Shown piece after piece: positions 1 through 10,119 of a stretch of DNA of 64,000 nucleotides. The DNA lies in the IMG/VR virus record IMGVR_UViG_3300007735_000798, positions 32,001 through 96,000 of that record; one strand, 5' to 3'. Each line of letters opens with the position of its first letter. Position 1 is the stretch's first letter. Both the position numbers and the translations under genes were made by a program. Under the pieces are notes generated by a model. The model saw nothing but the letters and a program-made list of their open reading frames with translations. It did no database searches and was not told where the DNA came from. Source of the DNA: a virus.

Positions 1-2
1 AA

Positions 3-1493
3 TTAACACACTATTGGACATGGAGTGATTTTGCAAGAAAAGAACTACATAAATTAGGATTTAATCATGTAAAAAATCAATACCCCTTAGTTAATACAAA
101 AAATTTCTATAAATTACCAGAGCATGAAATTGCTGAAATTAAAAATAGATTTAATATTCCACAAAATTCATTTATTATTGGTTTTGTATTTAGGAATCAA
201 TTAAGAAAATTAATTAATACTCAAATTGAGGCCTACTCATTATTTAAAAAGCATAATCCTGAAATAAAAAATACATTTTTATATACTCATACTCATTATG
301 GTGAAGGATGGGATATTCATAGATTGTGCCAACAATATGGAGTAGATCCAAGGGAAGTTCTTTGTACTTATATTTGCAAAGAAACCCGTCAATATTTTAT
401 CGCACCTTTTCATGGTCAAGATATTGAAAATCCAATTACAAAACGCAAAACTCTTGTAACAGTTAATGTTGGATTGGGTGTTACGGATAAACAACTAAAT
501 GAAATATATAATATATTTTCTTTATATTCCCATCCAGCTACTTCTGGAGCCTGCGAATTACCATGTGTTGAAGCCGCTCTTACTGAAAAAATAATTACTA
601 CATGCGCCTATTCTTTTGGAGAAGATATTATTGAAAATAATAAAGGTAGCATTCCAATAAAATTTACTTTTTATACCGAACACGGAACACAATTTTTAAA
701 ATCTCAACCATCTCCATACGAATTGTCAAAAATTTTTAAAAAAGTATATGAGATGAATCCCCAAACTAGAATAAAAATGGAAAAAGATTCTAGAACGTGG
801 GCTTTAGAAAATTATTCTATAGATATAAATGGTAAAAAAATTGAAGAATTTATAGATAGTAATCCAATATTAGAAAATGAATCTTTTAATTTTGAGCATA
901 AGTCAGAAAAAAATCCAAATCCATCTGCTATAGTTAATCATAATGAAGATAGTAGAGTTTGGATTAAATCTCTATATAAATTAATTTTAGATATGGATGT
1001 ATCTGATCAGGATGAGGGGTTAACACATTGGTTGCAAAAATTAGAACAAAAAGTTCCAAAAGAACAAATTGAAAATTATTTTAGACAAGTAGCTCAACAA
1101 GAATTATCAAAAAATAATAATAAAAATATTGAATTAAAAGATTTATTTAACGAATCTCCAGAACTTAAAAAAGTATTAATTGTACAACCAGAAAGTATTG
1201 GAGATATATTTATGTTAACTTCTATATTTGAATCTATCAGAAATAGATATCCTAAAAATCAATATAAAATATATGTAGCAACAAAACCAGAATATATAGA
1301 TTTAATTGATGGAAATCCTTTTATTGATAAATGGATACCATATCATCAAGCCATGGATAATATTATTTTGATGGAAGGTGGAATGGGCCAAAAAGGAATT
1401 TGTGATATAGTTTATTATCCTTATTTTGGCACTCAACGTCTTTTAAGTTATATGCATAATGGAGAAGATAAAATAGATTTGGAGTTAAAATAA
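3..1493 (+). CDS. Glycosyltransferase, 5'-truncated: GT4-like (GT-B) domain, linker, and N-terminal half of a GT9 heptosyltransferase-like domain
   Basis: The frame of ORF 324..1493 is open back to the window start (..IIGFVFRNQLRK..). It has a GT4-like segment PATSGACELPCVEAA. The C-terminus KVLIVQPESIGDIFMLTSIFESIRNRYP resembles the GT9 N-lobe. Confidence 0.75.
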   Translation, partial: LTHYWTWSDFARKELHKLGFNHVKNQYPLVNTKNFYKLPEHEIAEIKNRFNIPQNSFIIGFVFRNQLRKLINTQIEAYSLFKKHNPEIKNTFLYTHTHYGEGWDIHRLCQQYGVDPREVLCTYICKETRQYFIAPFHGQDIENPITKRKTLVTVNVGLGVTDKQLNEIYNIFSLYSHPATSGACELPCVEAALTEKIITTCAYSFGEDIIENNKGSIPIKFTFYTEHGTQFLKSQPSPYELSKIFKKVYEMNPQTRIKMEKDSRTWALENYSIDINGKKIEEFIDSNPILENESFNFEHKSEKNPNPSAIVNHNEDSRVWIKSLYKLILDMDVSDQDEGLTHWLQKLEQKVPKEQIENYFRQVAQQELSKNNNKNIELKDLFNESPELKKVLIVQPESIGDIFMLTSIFESIRNRYPKNQYKIYVATKPEYIDLIDGNPFIDKWIPYHQAMDNIILMEGGMGQKGICDIVYYPYFGTQRLLSYMHNGEDKIDLELK

Positions 1494-1494
1494 T

Positions 1495-2688
1495 ATGCAT
1501 TTATTAGAAACATACGCATTATCTACAGGTAGTAAAATTAAAAAACCATTTATTATTAAAAAATTTTTCCCAATTCCTTTTGAAAAATATATTACTATTC
1601 AAAATAGTAGTGGGATGTCTGGAAAATGTTATGATTATTTTCAAGAAGTTATTGATTTTATCTATAAAGATTTAGATAAACTTGGATATAAAATAGTGCA
1701 AATTGGGTCAAAAGATGATAAACCATTAAATAACGTTTTTCATTTACAAGGCCAAACAACTATAAATCAAACAGCTTTTATTCTGGAAAATTCTAAATTA
1801 CATGTTGGAAATGATAGTTTTGCTATTCACATGTGTAGTGCTTTTGATGTTCCATTAGTTGGATTATATAGTGTTTCCTCTCCAGAGATTGCAGGTCCAT
1901 TTTGGAAAAATGGTAAACAAATCTGCCTTACTCCTAAAAATTGGAAACCCAGTTTTAATCCGAATGAAAATCCAAAAAGAATTAATGAAATTCAAATTGA
2001 AAAAATTATAGAATCTATTAATAATTTATTAGAATGTAATTTTGAAAATAAAATTAAAACATTGTATATTGGTCAAAAATATCATAATCCAATATTAGAG
2101 ATTTTACCAGATCAGTCTCTACATCAAAATTCTTTTCCAAATCAAGCATTAAATATAAGACTTGATTTTCTTGATCGTGAAATTGAGCATAAAGATTATC
2201 AAGGAATATTTAATAATTTAAATATAAGACAATGTTGTATTGTTACCAATAAGCCGTTCGCAATAGAAAATTTTATACAACTAAAAAATAATTTGGCAAT
2301 CGTAATTTATGATGTAACGAAAGAAATCGATATTAATTTTATAGAAAAATTGACGTTTTATGGAATTAATAATAATTGTATTTTTAAAATAGATGAATCT
2401 TCACCAGAAGAACTAGATAAAAGAAAAGAACAACTTATTGATTTTCCACAATATATAGAAGAAATTAAATATCCGAATCTTACTATAGATTTAACAGATA
2501 ATTTATTTTACAAAACAAATAAAATTTTAATTGCAAATAATAAAGCTTATTATGGAAAATATGGTTATTTAAATAATATACCGATTGAAGATAATACGGA
2601 AAAATATCAACAAATTTTTAATAATGAACATATTAATGAATATATTAAAAATGATTTAGAGTATTCTTTTATCTTTAAAAAAGATTGA
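1495..2688 (+). CDS. GT9 (ADP-heptose:LPS heptosyltransferase-like) C-lobe plus unknown C-terminal domain
   Basis: KIVQIG, GQTTINQTAFILENSKLHVGNDSFAIHMCSAFDVPLVGLY is the typical GT9 C-terminal motif (GNDSG/F..H.A.A...P.V.L). Confidence 0.75.
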   Translation: MHLLETYALSTGSKIKKPFIIKKFFPIPFEKYITIQNSSGMSGKCYDYFQEVIDFIYKDLDKLGYKIVQIGSKDDKPLNNVFHLQGQTTINQTAFILENSKLHVGNDSFAIHMCSAFDVPLVGLYSVSSPEIAGPFWKNGKQICLTPKNWKPSFNPNENPKRINEIQIEKIIESINNLLECNFENKIKTLYIGQKYHNPILEILPDQSLHQNSFPNQALNIRLDFLDREIEHKDYQGIFNNLNIRQCCIVTNKPFAIENFIQLKNNLAIVIYDVTKEIDINFIEKLTFYGINNNCIFKIDESSPEELDKRKEQLIDFPQYIEEIKYPNLTIDLTDNLFYKTNKILIANNKAYYGKYGYLNNIPIEDNTEKYQQIFNNEHINEYIKNDLEYSFIFKKD

Positions 2689-2713
2689 CAAAAAATAAAA
2701 ATTATAAGATAAT
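2685..2713 (+). promoter_or_regulatory. sigma70-type promoter, leaderless
   Basis: TTGACA-17nt-GATAAT-6nt-ATG(2720). Confidence 0.6.
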
Positions 2714-2719
2714 ACCTTC

Positions 2720-3472
2720 ATGTCAGAAAAAACAGTTTATCGTTATAAAGATCAAGTAAATAAATTTAAAAGAGATCCTAATGGTCTTTTAGAATGTATT
2801 GATTATACATTTAATCAAGATAATACTATTAATTGGAGAGCAATGATTAGTAAAGAATATCTTGTTCCAAATCGAGATTCTTTTAAAAATCAAAAAGATA
2901 TTAATTTAAAAGAGCTAGATATTACGATACTAGCAGATAATCAACTATTAATTCTCCTAGCTGGTTTAAAAGAACTTGCTCAAATTCGTGGATATAAAAA
3001 TGTATCATATGATGTAATTCAATCTCAACCAGACTATGTATCTGTAAAATGCACAATTGATTGGATCCCTAATTATGAAACTAGTATGGAGCCAGTATCT
3101 TTTTCTGCACTTGCTGATGCACATCTTGATAATACAAAAGATTTTGCAAAAAACTTTTTAATGGCAATCGCTGAAAATCGCGCCTTTGTGCGTGCTGTAA
3201 GAAGTTTTCTTAAAATTAATATCGTTGGTAATGATGAAATGGGTAAAACAACTCACATTGATACAGAAGTAGAGCCAAATACTAATATAACACAACCCAT
3301 AGCTCTTTTACAAAAAACTATGGAAGAGTATAGTATTACTTTTGAACAAATTAAAGCCAGAGCTATACAAAAGAAAATGGAAAATGCAGAAAACTGGATA
3401 AATATAAATGATATTTCTCCACTTTCTATGTTTACTATTATAAGTGGAATTAAAGCTAATAAAAATAAATAA
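2720..3472 (+). CDS. Probable single-strand annealing protein/recombinase (Rad52/ERF-like)
   Basis: LAGLKELA..VSVKCTI..ADA..MAIAENRAFVRAVR pattern resembles phage Rad52/ERF-type SSAPs. Confidence 0.45.
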   Translation: MSEKTVYRYKDQVNKFKRDPNGLLECIDYTFNQDNTINWRAMISKEYLVPNRDSFKNQKDINLKELDITILADNQLLILLAGLKELAQIRGYKNVSYDVIQSQPDYVSVKCTIDWIPNYETSMEPVSFSALADAHLDNTKDFAKNFLMAIAENRAFVRAVRSFLKINIVGNDEMGKTTHIDTEVEPNTNITQPIALLQKTMEEYSITFEQIKARAIQKKMENAENWININDISPLSMFTIISGIKANKNK

Positions 3473-3474
3473 AT

Positions 3475-6063
3475 TTAAACTCTTCGATATTCTGATCTAT
3501 CAGATAATGGTATAAGACCAAATACTCGAGTTGTTTCAGATTCTTGATTTTCACTATAGTAAGTTAAATTTTGTTTATCTAAAAATATATTATAATTGCC
3601 AAGACAATTAATAAAATTTGCAAAACTGATATTATTTTTAATTATAATATAATCATAATGAGTTGTATATGTTCTATCTAGAATAGTTTGAAGTTTTGTA
3701 TTTTCAGCGGAAGGTAAATAAATATATCTTTCTTCATCCTTTGAAACCGAAAAGGATGCGGCCTCCGTTAATTCAAAAGTTGATATATCTGTACCAATTT
3801 TAATATAAGAACCTGGAGTACAAAATATTGTTATATTGTCACTATCTTTTGTTTTGCTATCATTTCTATATTTAGCTATATTTTTATTAACAGGAAATAC
3901 CGAAGAATTAATTTGATAAGTCTCACAAAAAGGCAATTCAATATTTTGATTAATATTTTGTATAGTAAAAAAAGAATCTGTATTTTGATTTGGTGGTGGA
4001 ACAATTGGTGTTATATATTGATGATAAAAATCATTTAAATCAAAAATATAATTTACTTCATAACCGCCAATTTGAAAATAAGTTCCATTATTATAAGCTT
4101 TACCTTGATAAGCTGGATACCTCACTATATTAGTTATAAAAGTTGTAGTTGTAGAACTTGATATTTTTTTTGTTGTTGATATTTGATAAATAATATTTTC
4201 ACTTAATCTTGTAAAATTATGAATTGAAAAATATGACGAATAAAATGAACTTTTAAATAATACATTCGATAAATTTCCACCAAACGTATTCGATAAATTT
4301 GGAACACATATGGGCATATTTGGATAAATAAATATTGCTTGTGAATACCAATGATATCCACCAATATAATTTCTAGCGCCAATGATAACTTGTCTGGATG
4401 CGTCATTATAAAAATTTATAGTTCTAGAGGCTTTGAAAGTACTTTCTCCAAGTAAAGAACTATTATTTTCATTTAATGAAACTTCTTTCGCAAAAGAAGT
4501 CAAATTATCTGGACTAACCATTCCATCTACGAATCCAACATTTATAGAGAAAGTAGTTGCATAATCATTATTTCCAGGAGATAAATAAAAATTTTTAATA
4601 TATTTATATTCAATATAATCTTCATAAGTTGTTTTATAAGTATAGATACTATTATTTTCTACTGTTTTTATTGTTTTTACACAATATTTACAAGTACTAT
4701 ATTTATAATCGTATGGACTAGAAGAACCTTGAATTATTTCAGTTGATTCTTGGAAATTATGCCACATGAAATTATCTACTATAATATTATATTTAATTGT
4801 TTTTGTAATTGTTTGCTTAAATTCTATTGGAAACCCAGAATAATCGGTATAACTAAATAATGTATATATTGCTGATTTTGTTTTTGGAACAAAAATTGTA
4901 CTTTTTGTAGTAGATAATGGCATGAGAAGTCCAGGATAAATATTCTCACTCTTATTTGTAGTAGTCGGCTGCGCATAAAAAGATGTTTTATTAATAATAA
5001 ATTCTTCTGAATATAAAGATGTATATTTTGATATTGTAGATGATACTGTAGATTTAGTTTTACTCAATGGATATTTTGTATCACTTTTATCAGCATCGTA
5101 TTCACCAATTGTTGCTGAATAAAAAGATGGTTGTATAAAAGAAATAGTAACCGCACTATTTTTTTCTTTTTGTCCTTGATATTTTGTATACGAATATACA
5201 TCTATTTTAAAAATTGGTTTATCAATATCCGTTTTTTCAAATATGCATTTAGTTCTATACCAAAGTGCAATATTTTCTTTTGGTTTGTCAGCAAAATAAA
5301 CTACAGTATTTACATAATTATAATCCTTAGCAATTTCATTAAAATATTCAGGCGCCCAAAAAGGATCATCGCTATTAGTAATTCTTGAATATTTAGTAGT
5401 TATTTTTTTTTCATCATATGTTTTTTTTGTTAATTGGGTTGTTTCTTTTATTCCTTCTGTAGTTGTATCGTAAGTAAAATATTCACTATAATAATAACTT
5501 GATACAAAATTAGAATTTTTTGTATCATATGTTATAATAGAATGATGTTTTCGTATAAATGTATTTATTGTTTGAGTTGTTTCTATGTTTGTTAATGTTG
5601 TTGTAAATTCTGTTGAAAAATCGCCAAAAATAGGTTGATCATATATAAAAGTATTAAAATAATTTTTGCATTGACCATTACCCTGCTTATCGATTCTGTT
5701 GTCAATTATAGTAGCTTTACCATCTGAACTATATTCTGTTTTGAATGTTGAAAATTTAAGAGGACATCTAAAGCCCCCTCCAATTGTAAATGTATTTGTA
5801 TCTTGACCACATGTTAATATAGGCGTCCTAGTTACACCATCATCACTATAAATTATTAAACTTTCGCTTGTATAATTTCCATTAGTAAATTGATAAAAAG
5901 TCGAATAAGTATAATAACTAGCTTTAATAGTAGTGTAAAGATCATCCCCTTCACAAGCAGTTTGATATACTTCAGCATTTTTAGTGGTGGAATAAGTTGA
6001 TCCTAATAATAAAATTTCATCTGTAATATAGGAAGCCCCTTCTGTAATAGTATATGTAAACAT
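3475..6063 (-). CDS. Thr/Tyr/Ser-rich hypothetical virion (tail tip/receptor-binding) protein
   Basis: 862-aa ORF, last gene of the tail operon, low-complexity beta-type composition. Confidence 0.5.
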   Translation of the reverse strand: MFTYTITEGASYITDEILLLGSTYSTTKNAEVYQTACEGDDLYTTIKASYYTYSTFYQFTNGNYTSESLIIYSDDGVTRTPILTCGQDTNTFTIGGGFRCPLKFSTFKTEYSSDGKATIIDNRIDKQGNGQCKNYFNTFIYDQPIFGDFSTEFTTTLTNIETTQTINTFIRKHHSIITYDTKNSNFVSSYYYSEYFTYDTTTEGIKETTQLTKKTYDEKKITTKYSRITNSDDPFWAPEYFNEIAKDYNYVNTVVYFADKPKENIALWYRTKCIFEKTDIDKPIFKIDVYSYTKYQGQKEKNSAVTISFIQPSFYSATIGEYDADKSDTKYPLSKTKSTVSSTISKYTSLYSEEFIINKTSFYAQPTTTNKSENIYPGLLMPLSTTKSTIFVPKTKSAIYTLFSYTDYSGFPIEFKQTITKTIKYNIIVDNFMWHNFQESTEIIQGSSSPYDYKYSTCKYCVKTIKTVENNSIYTYKTTYEDYIEYKYIKNFYLSPGNNDYATTFSINVGFVDGMVSPDNLTSFAKEVSLNENNSSLLGESTFKASRTINFYNDASRQVIIGARNYIGGYHWYSQAIFIYPNMPICVPNLSNTFGGNLSNVLFKSSFYSSYFSIHNFTRLSENIIYQISTTKKISSSTTTTFITNIVRYPAYQGKAYNNGTYFQIGGYEVNYIFDLNDFYHQYITPIVPPPNQNTDSFFTIQNINQNIELPFCETYQINSSVFPVNKNIAKYRNDSKTKDSDNITIFCTPGSYIKIGTDISTFELTEAASFSVSKDEERYIYLPSAENTKLQTILDRTYTTHYDYIIIKNNISFANFINCLGNYNIFLDKQNLTYYSENQESETTRVFGLIPLSDRSEYRRV

Positions 6064-6065
6064 AA

Positions 6066-6617
6066 CTAAACAGTACGAGTTTCACCCCATACTAAAAATA
6101 CATTATATGGAAAAATAGCGTCTGCGTCTTCATTTACTTGAATAGAACTAACATATGCCCCTAAACAAATATTAGATGTTACACATTGATAAATTTGATT
6201 ATTAAAAACTACACCCAAAAGAACATCTACAGAACTTGGTAATCCAAAAAGTACTGGAGTTTGTAATTCTGGAGTCTTTTCACTTACGATAATTTCAGCG
6301 TTATTAATATATTCTCCATTTGATCTACATCTTAATACAACATAATTTACAACATCTTTTTTTATTGTAAATTCTGTAAGTCCAGGCTTTTGAACTGTGG
6401 CGGTAGAACTACTGGCGGCACTACTGGCGGGACTACTGGTGGGACTACTGGTGGCAGAACTAGTAGCATTAACTGTAATCATATTAGAAGGCATAATACT
6501 ATTAACACTTCCAGGAGTTACAGTAATTGAAAAAACATTCTCTTTTGGATTTAAAACATTTTTAATTTTAAAACCATGAGGAGACGATTTAACTGTTCCA
6601 AATATTTTTTTTGGCAT
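6066..6617 (-). CDS. Hypothetical tail protein with Ser/Thr/Ala repeat insert
   Basis: 183-aa ORF in the tail operon; ATSSATSSPTSSPASSAASS insert. Confidence 0.55.
   Translation of the reverse strand: MPKKIFGTVKSSPHGFKIKNVLNPKENVFSITVTPGSVNSIMPSNMITVNATSSATSSPTSSPASSAASSSTATVQKPGLTEFTIKKDVVNYVVLRCRSNGEYINNAEIIVSEKTPELQTPVLFGLPSSVDVLLGVVFNNQIYQCVTSNICLGAYVSSIQVNEDADAIFPYNVFLVWGETRTV
6408..6455. repeat. 4 x 12-bp tandem repeat ACTACTGGYGGS
   Basis: actactggcggc/actactggcggg/actactggtggg/actactggtggc. Confidence 0.9.
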
Positions 6618-6621
6618 AAAT

Positions 6622-9600
6622 TTATCCTTCTAATATTCCTGTATATAAAAATTGTTTTCCACTAATCATATATTTTGCAAAATTACCAGTATTCTGTAAC
6701 GAATTAAAACTACGTTTATTCATAAAAATATTTAATCCCGAATATCCTAAATATCCAAGACCACTTTTTATATTAAAAGATCCAGAAAATCCAGAAAAAT
6801 TAATATTTGAATAGTAAGGTAATGTAATAGTTAATTCAGGATTTAAAACTTTTCCTTCTGAAAATGGTGTTATATTTGTGACCCAATTTCCAGTAAAATT
6901 ATTTTCAAAAATTACACCTATAATTGTATTATTAAAATAGTATTCAATATTTATAGTATAAAATCCAGTATTTTCATAAGATAAAGTATTAAAATTTTCT
7001 GAAAAAACTCCAGTCCATATATCTGGTGAATATCTTAAATCTTGTCCGCTTCTAAAATATCTATGAGGAATATTAATTGCAGATAAATTATTAGCATATC
7101 TAGTTAATTTTGTAGTATTTCCATCTTCTCCACTCTTATAATAAGAAAATAAAGTAATACCAGAGTTATCGGTATGCACGTATCCAGTTACACCAACAAC
7201 AAATTGTAAATTATTATCTACTAACCCGCCAGTAGCTCCAGAATTAAGAATATTAATTAATCCACTTAAATTATTAAATTCATAATTTGAACTTGGAGCT
7301 CCAGTAACATATGTAAATTCAAAATTATTTATTCTTAATAAATCTTCATTATAAAGTAATCCAGTATTAAAATACACTAAACCAGTTGCATTAATTTGAC
7401 CAGTTATATAATCATCAAATACTTTATTTGGTAATCCAGTACCACTTATAGTTGTAAAATACCAAGTATAAGAACTATAATTAGAATCTATTAACCCAGT
7501 AAGTAAACCAGTCTGATAAAATATTGCTGTTTGATATACTTTTCCAGTTGGATTTGTTAAAAATCCAGTTCCTGACCCATTAATAGAAACATTAACATTT
7601 CCATATCCAGTAATTGTTGTGGAATTTAAATCAAAAAAATTATTATTTCTTATTGTATATAGATTTGCTTTTTGTATTCTAATACTTGGCACGGGAGTTA
7701 GACCTGCACCAGTAAAATTAAATCTAAAATATTGATAACCAGTCACTCCGCTAATTCTAATTCCACTTATAAATCCACTTTCGATTGTATTGATAGTGCC
7801 AGTTTTTCTATAAAATTCCGTATAATTAATTCCACCAGTAGAAGCATCAATAATTAATTGATCTGGAAGATACCCATTTTCAAAACTTACATAAAAACCA
7901 GTAATTATATTGCCAGTATATGGATATGCAGTTTTATATCCTAAAACTCCCCCAGTTATTTCAACATATGGATATGCCTGTTTATCTAATTTTGATACTG
8001 AATATAACTCAATACCGTAATCATTGCTAAATAAATAATCAAATTCGCTACCAGTATTTAAGGATGAATAAAAATAATCACCAGTTATATCATTATCAAT
8101 AAAATTTTTATACAAACCACTAATAGGATTTGAAATACTTTTTTCATAAAAATAAATTTTATTTATTGATAAACCTAAATTAGCATTATTTAAATCACTT
8201 TGATTAATATGCGATAATAATTGACCAGATGTTATTAAAAATCTAATATAATTATATAATCCAGTTCCAGTAATTTGAAAAATATTCGTCGGAGAATTAT
8301 AGAAATTAATTCCAGATCTTGTGTCCATTTCATTCCAATTCAAATTATCATTAGATCCTTGTACTTTAAATATAAATGGAAAAAATTTATAATTTGAAAA
8401 ATTTTTATCTAAATTTAATTCATAATGACTAATAATTCCAGAATCTTGTGCACTAAAATTTTTAAATTCAAATCCAAGATAACCAGTAGAAGTATTTGTA
8501 TTTGTACCCCATTGTGAAAGAGATCCTTCTCCAAAAACATAAATAAGATTATTGGTATTTTCTGATCCAAAAACATCTCCAGAAATATTATTAGCAATAT
8601 CAATAGAATTAAGTTTAAATATATAATTTATCAATTCGCCAGTTCTTTGTTGAGTTGTAACCCCACTAATTTCTAATATTCCACTATCACTAGAAGTAAA
8701 AGTATAGTTACCAGAACCTGTTATTCCATATATTTTATAATTATAATTACTATTATAATTATCAATATCAAAACTAATATAAGGTATTGTATTCCAATTA
8801 AAATTTATATAATTAATATCGCTATTTCCAGTAAAATATATAGTAGAACTTTCAGTTACGAATATTAATCCACTACCAGTTTGTTGAAATTCATACCAAA
8901 AACCCGTTAATAATCCACTTTTTGCGCCAGTAATATCTCTTGATTTATATATAAAAATGTCTTCATTAAAATTATCTATATATCCAGTAGCAAAAACAGT
9001 TGTATTCGGACGCGCTGGCGATAAACCACTACCCCCATGAATTGGAATATTATAATAATAATTAACATTTCCAGTTGGATATTGTAATTGTTTTTCAGTA
9101 GAAATAAATCCAGTAGATAAATTATTTCCATAATAATCTGTAAATAAACTAACTGAAAAACCAGAAGATATTCCTGTAATATAATCATCTCCATGAATAA
9201 AACCAGAAATTACTCCATAACTTAAACCAGTACTTAAAAATCCAGTATAATATAAATCACCAGTATGCCCAAGATGATTTACTAATGAAATAAATACATC
9301 TTGATTTTCAGGAGATTTTGTTTGTAAATTATAATTATAGTTATAATTATAGGTAATATCATCTACAATTCCTGTAAAAATTGTAACGAAATCTAAATAA
9401 TAAAATGGTAATTTTTCGACGGGAATATTAAAATCATAAGAAATATTTCCAAAATTTGTATTAAACAAAAAATAACCATCTATAAAATTTAATTGAAAAA
9501 CTCCTGTACTAAAAATATTTGGATCTTGATTTAAAACATAATCTAAAATTAATTTTCCAGATTGTGCCCCAGAAATAAAATCATTATATGTATTATTTAA

Positions 9601-10116
9601 TCTATAATAATCATTATTAACAAAAGATTGTCCAGAAAAAAATTGAAAAGACGAATTATTATTAAATGATATATTTTTAATATATCCAGTAATTTGTTCA
9701 CCAATTAAATTTTTAAAAGGAAATTCTATAGAATAATTTGGGCCAATATTTCCATATATATAAGAATTTAAATTTGTGGAACAATTTTCGGAAGATGCAT
9801 AAAAATATTTATAATAATTATTATTTTTAGGAGAAGAAAGACAAACTATATTATTATTTATAAAATAATTTAAATCACCACTATTTATATTGCCAGATAT
9901 ATTTATATTTTCAGATGGATTATAAGACCATACATGTCTATTATTTATATCATAAATTTTGCCTGTTTTAAAAGTAAATAAATTTAAATTACCATTATCC
10001 CCAGAAAAACCAAAAGATGAAATACCACTTGTATTATCAATATTTATATTTATTAAATATGATAATATATTTTGTGAAGCGATACTTCGATATTTAGTTC
10101 CAGAAACAATATTCAT
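6622..10116 (-). CDS. Large tail/baseplate protein with F5/8 (discoidin)-like carbohydrate-binding modules
   Basis: 1164 aa, TG/SG-rich. FPFIFKVQGSNDNLNWNEMDTRS..YNYIRF and a second degenerate copy (DASTGGINYTEF..YQYFRF). Confidence 0.6.
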   Translation of the reverse strand: MNIVSGTKYRSIASQNILSYLININIDNTSGISSFGFSGDNGNLNLFTFKTGKIYDINNRHVWSYNPSENINISGNINSGDLNYFINNNIVCLSSPKNNNYYKYFYASSENCSTNLNSYIYGNIGPNYSIEFPFKNLIGEQITGYIKNISFNNNSSFQFFSGQSFVNNDYYRLNNTYNDFISGAQSGKLILDYVLNQDPNIFSTGVFQLNFIDGYFLFNTNFGNISYDFNIPVEKLPFYYLDFVTIFTGIVDDITYNYNYNYNLQTKSPENQDVFISLVNHLGHTGDLYYTGFLSTGLSYGVISGFIHGDDYITGISSGFSVSLFTDYYGNNLSTGFISTEKQLQYPTGNVNYYYNIPIHGGSGLSPARPNTTVFATGYIDNFNEDIFIYKSRDITGAKSGLLTGFWYEFQQTGSGLIFVTESSTIYFTGNSDINYINFNWNTIPYISFDIDNYNSNYNYKIYGITGSGNYTFTSSDSGILEISGVTTQQRTGELINYIFKLNSIDIANNISGDVFGSENTNNLIYVFGEGSLSQWGTNTNTSTGYLGFEFKNFSAQDSGIISHYELNLDKNFSNYKFFPFIFKVQGSNDNLNWNEMDTRSGINFYNSPTNIFQITGTGLYNYIRFLITSGQLLSHINQSDLNNANLGLSINKIYFYEKSISNPISGLYKNFIDNDITGDYFYSSLNTGSEFDYLFSNDYGIELYSVSKLDKQAYPYVEITGGVLGYKTAYPYTGNIITGFYVSFENGYLPDQLIIDASTGGINYTEFYRKTGTINTIESGFISGIRISGVTGYQYFRFNFTGAGLTPVPSIRIQKANLYTIRNNNFFDLNSTTITGYGNVNVSINGSGTGFLTNPTGKVYQTAIFYQTGLLTGLIDSNYSSYTWYFTTISGTGLPNKVFDDYITGQINATGLVYFNTGLLYNEDLLRINNFEFTYVTGAPSSNYEFNNLSGLINILNSGATGGLVDNNLQFVVGVTGYVHTDNSGITLFSYYKSGEDGNTTKLTRYANNLSAINIPHRYFRSGQDLRYSPDIWTGVFSENFNTLSYENTGFYTINIEYYFNNTIIGVIFENNFTGNWVTNITPFSEGKVLNPELTITLPYYSNINFSGFSGSFNIKSGLGYLGYSGLNIFMNKRSFNSLQNTGNFAKYMISGKQFLYTGILEG

Positions 10117-10119
10117 AGT

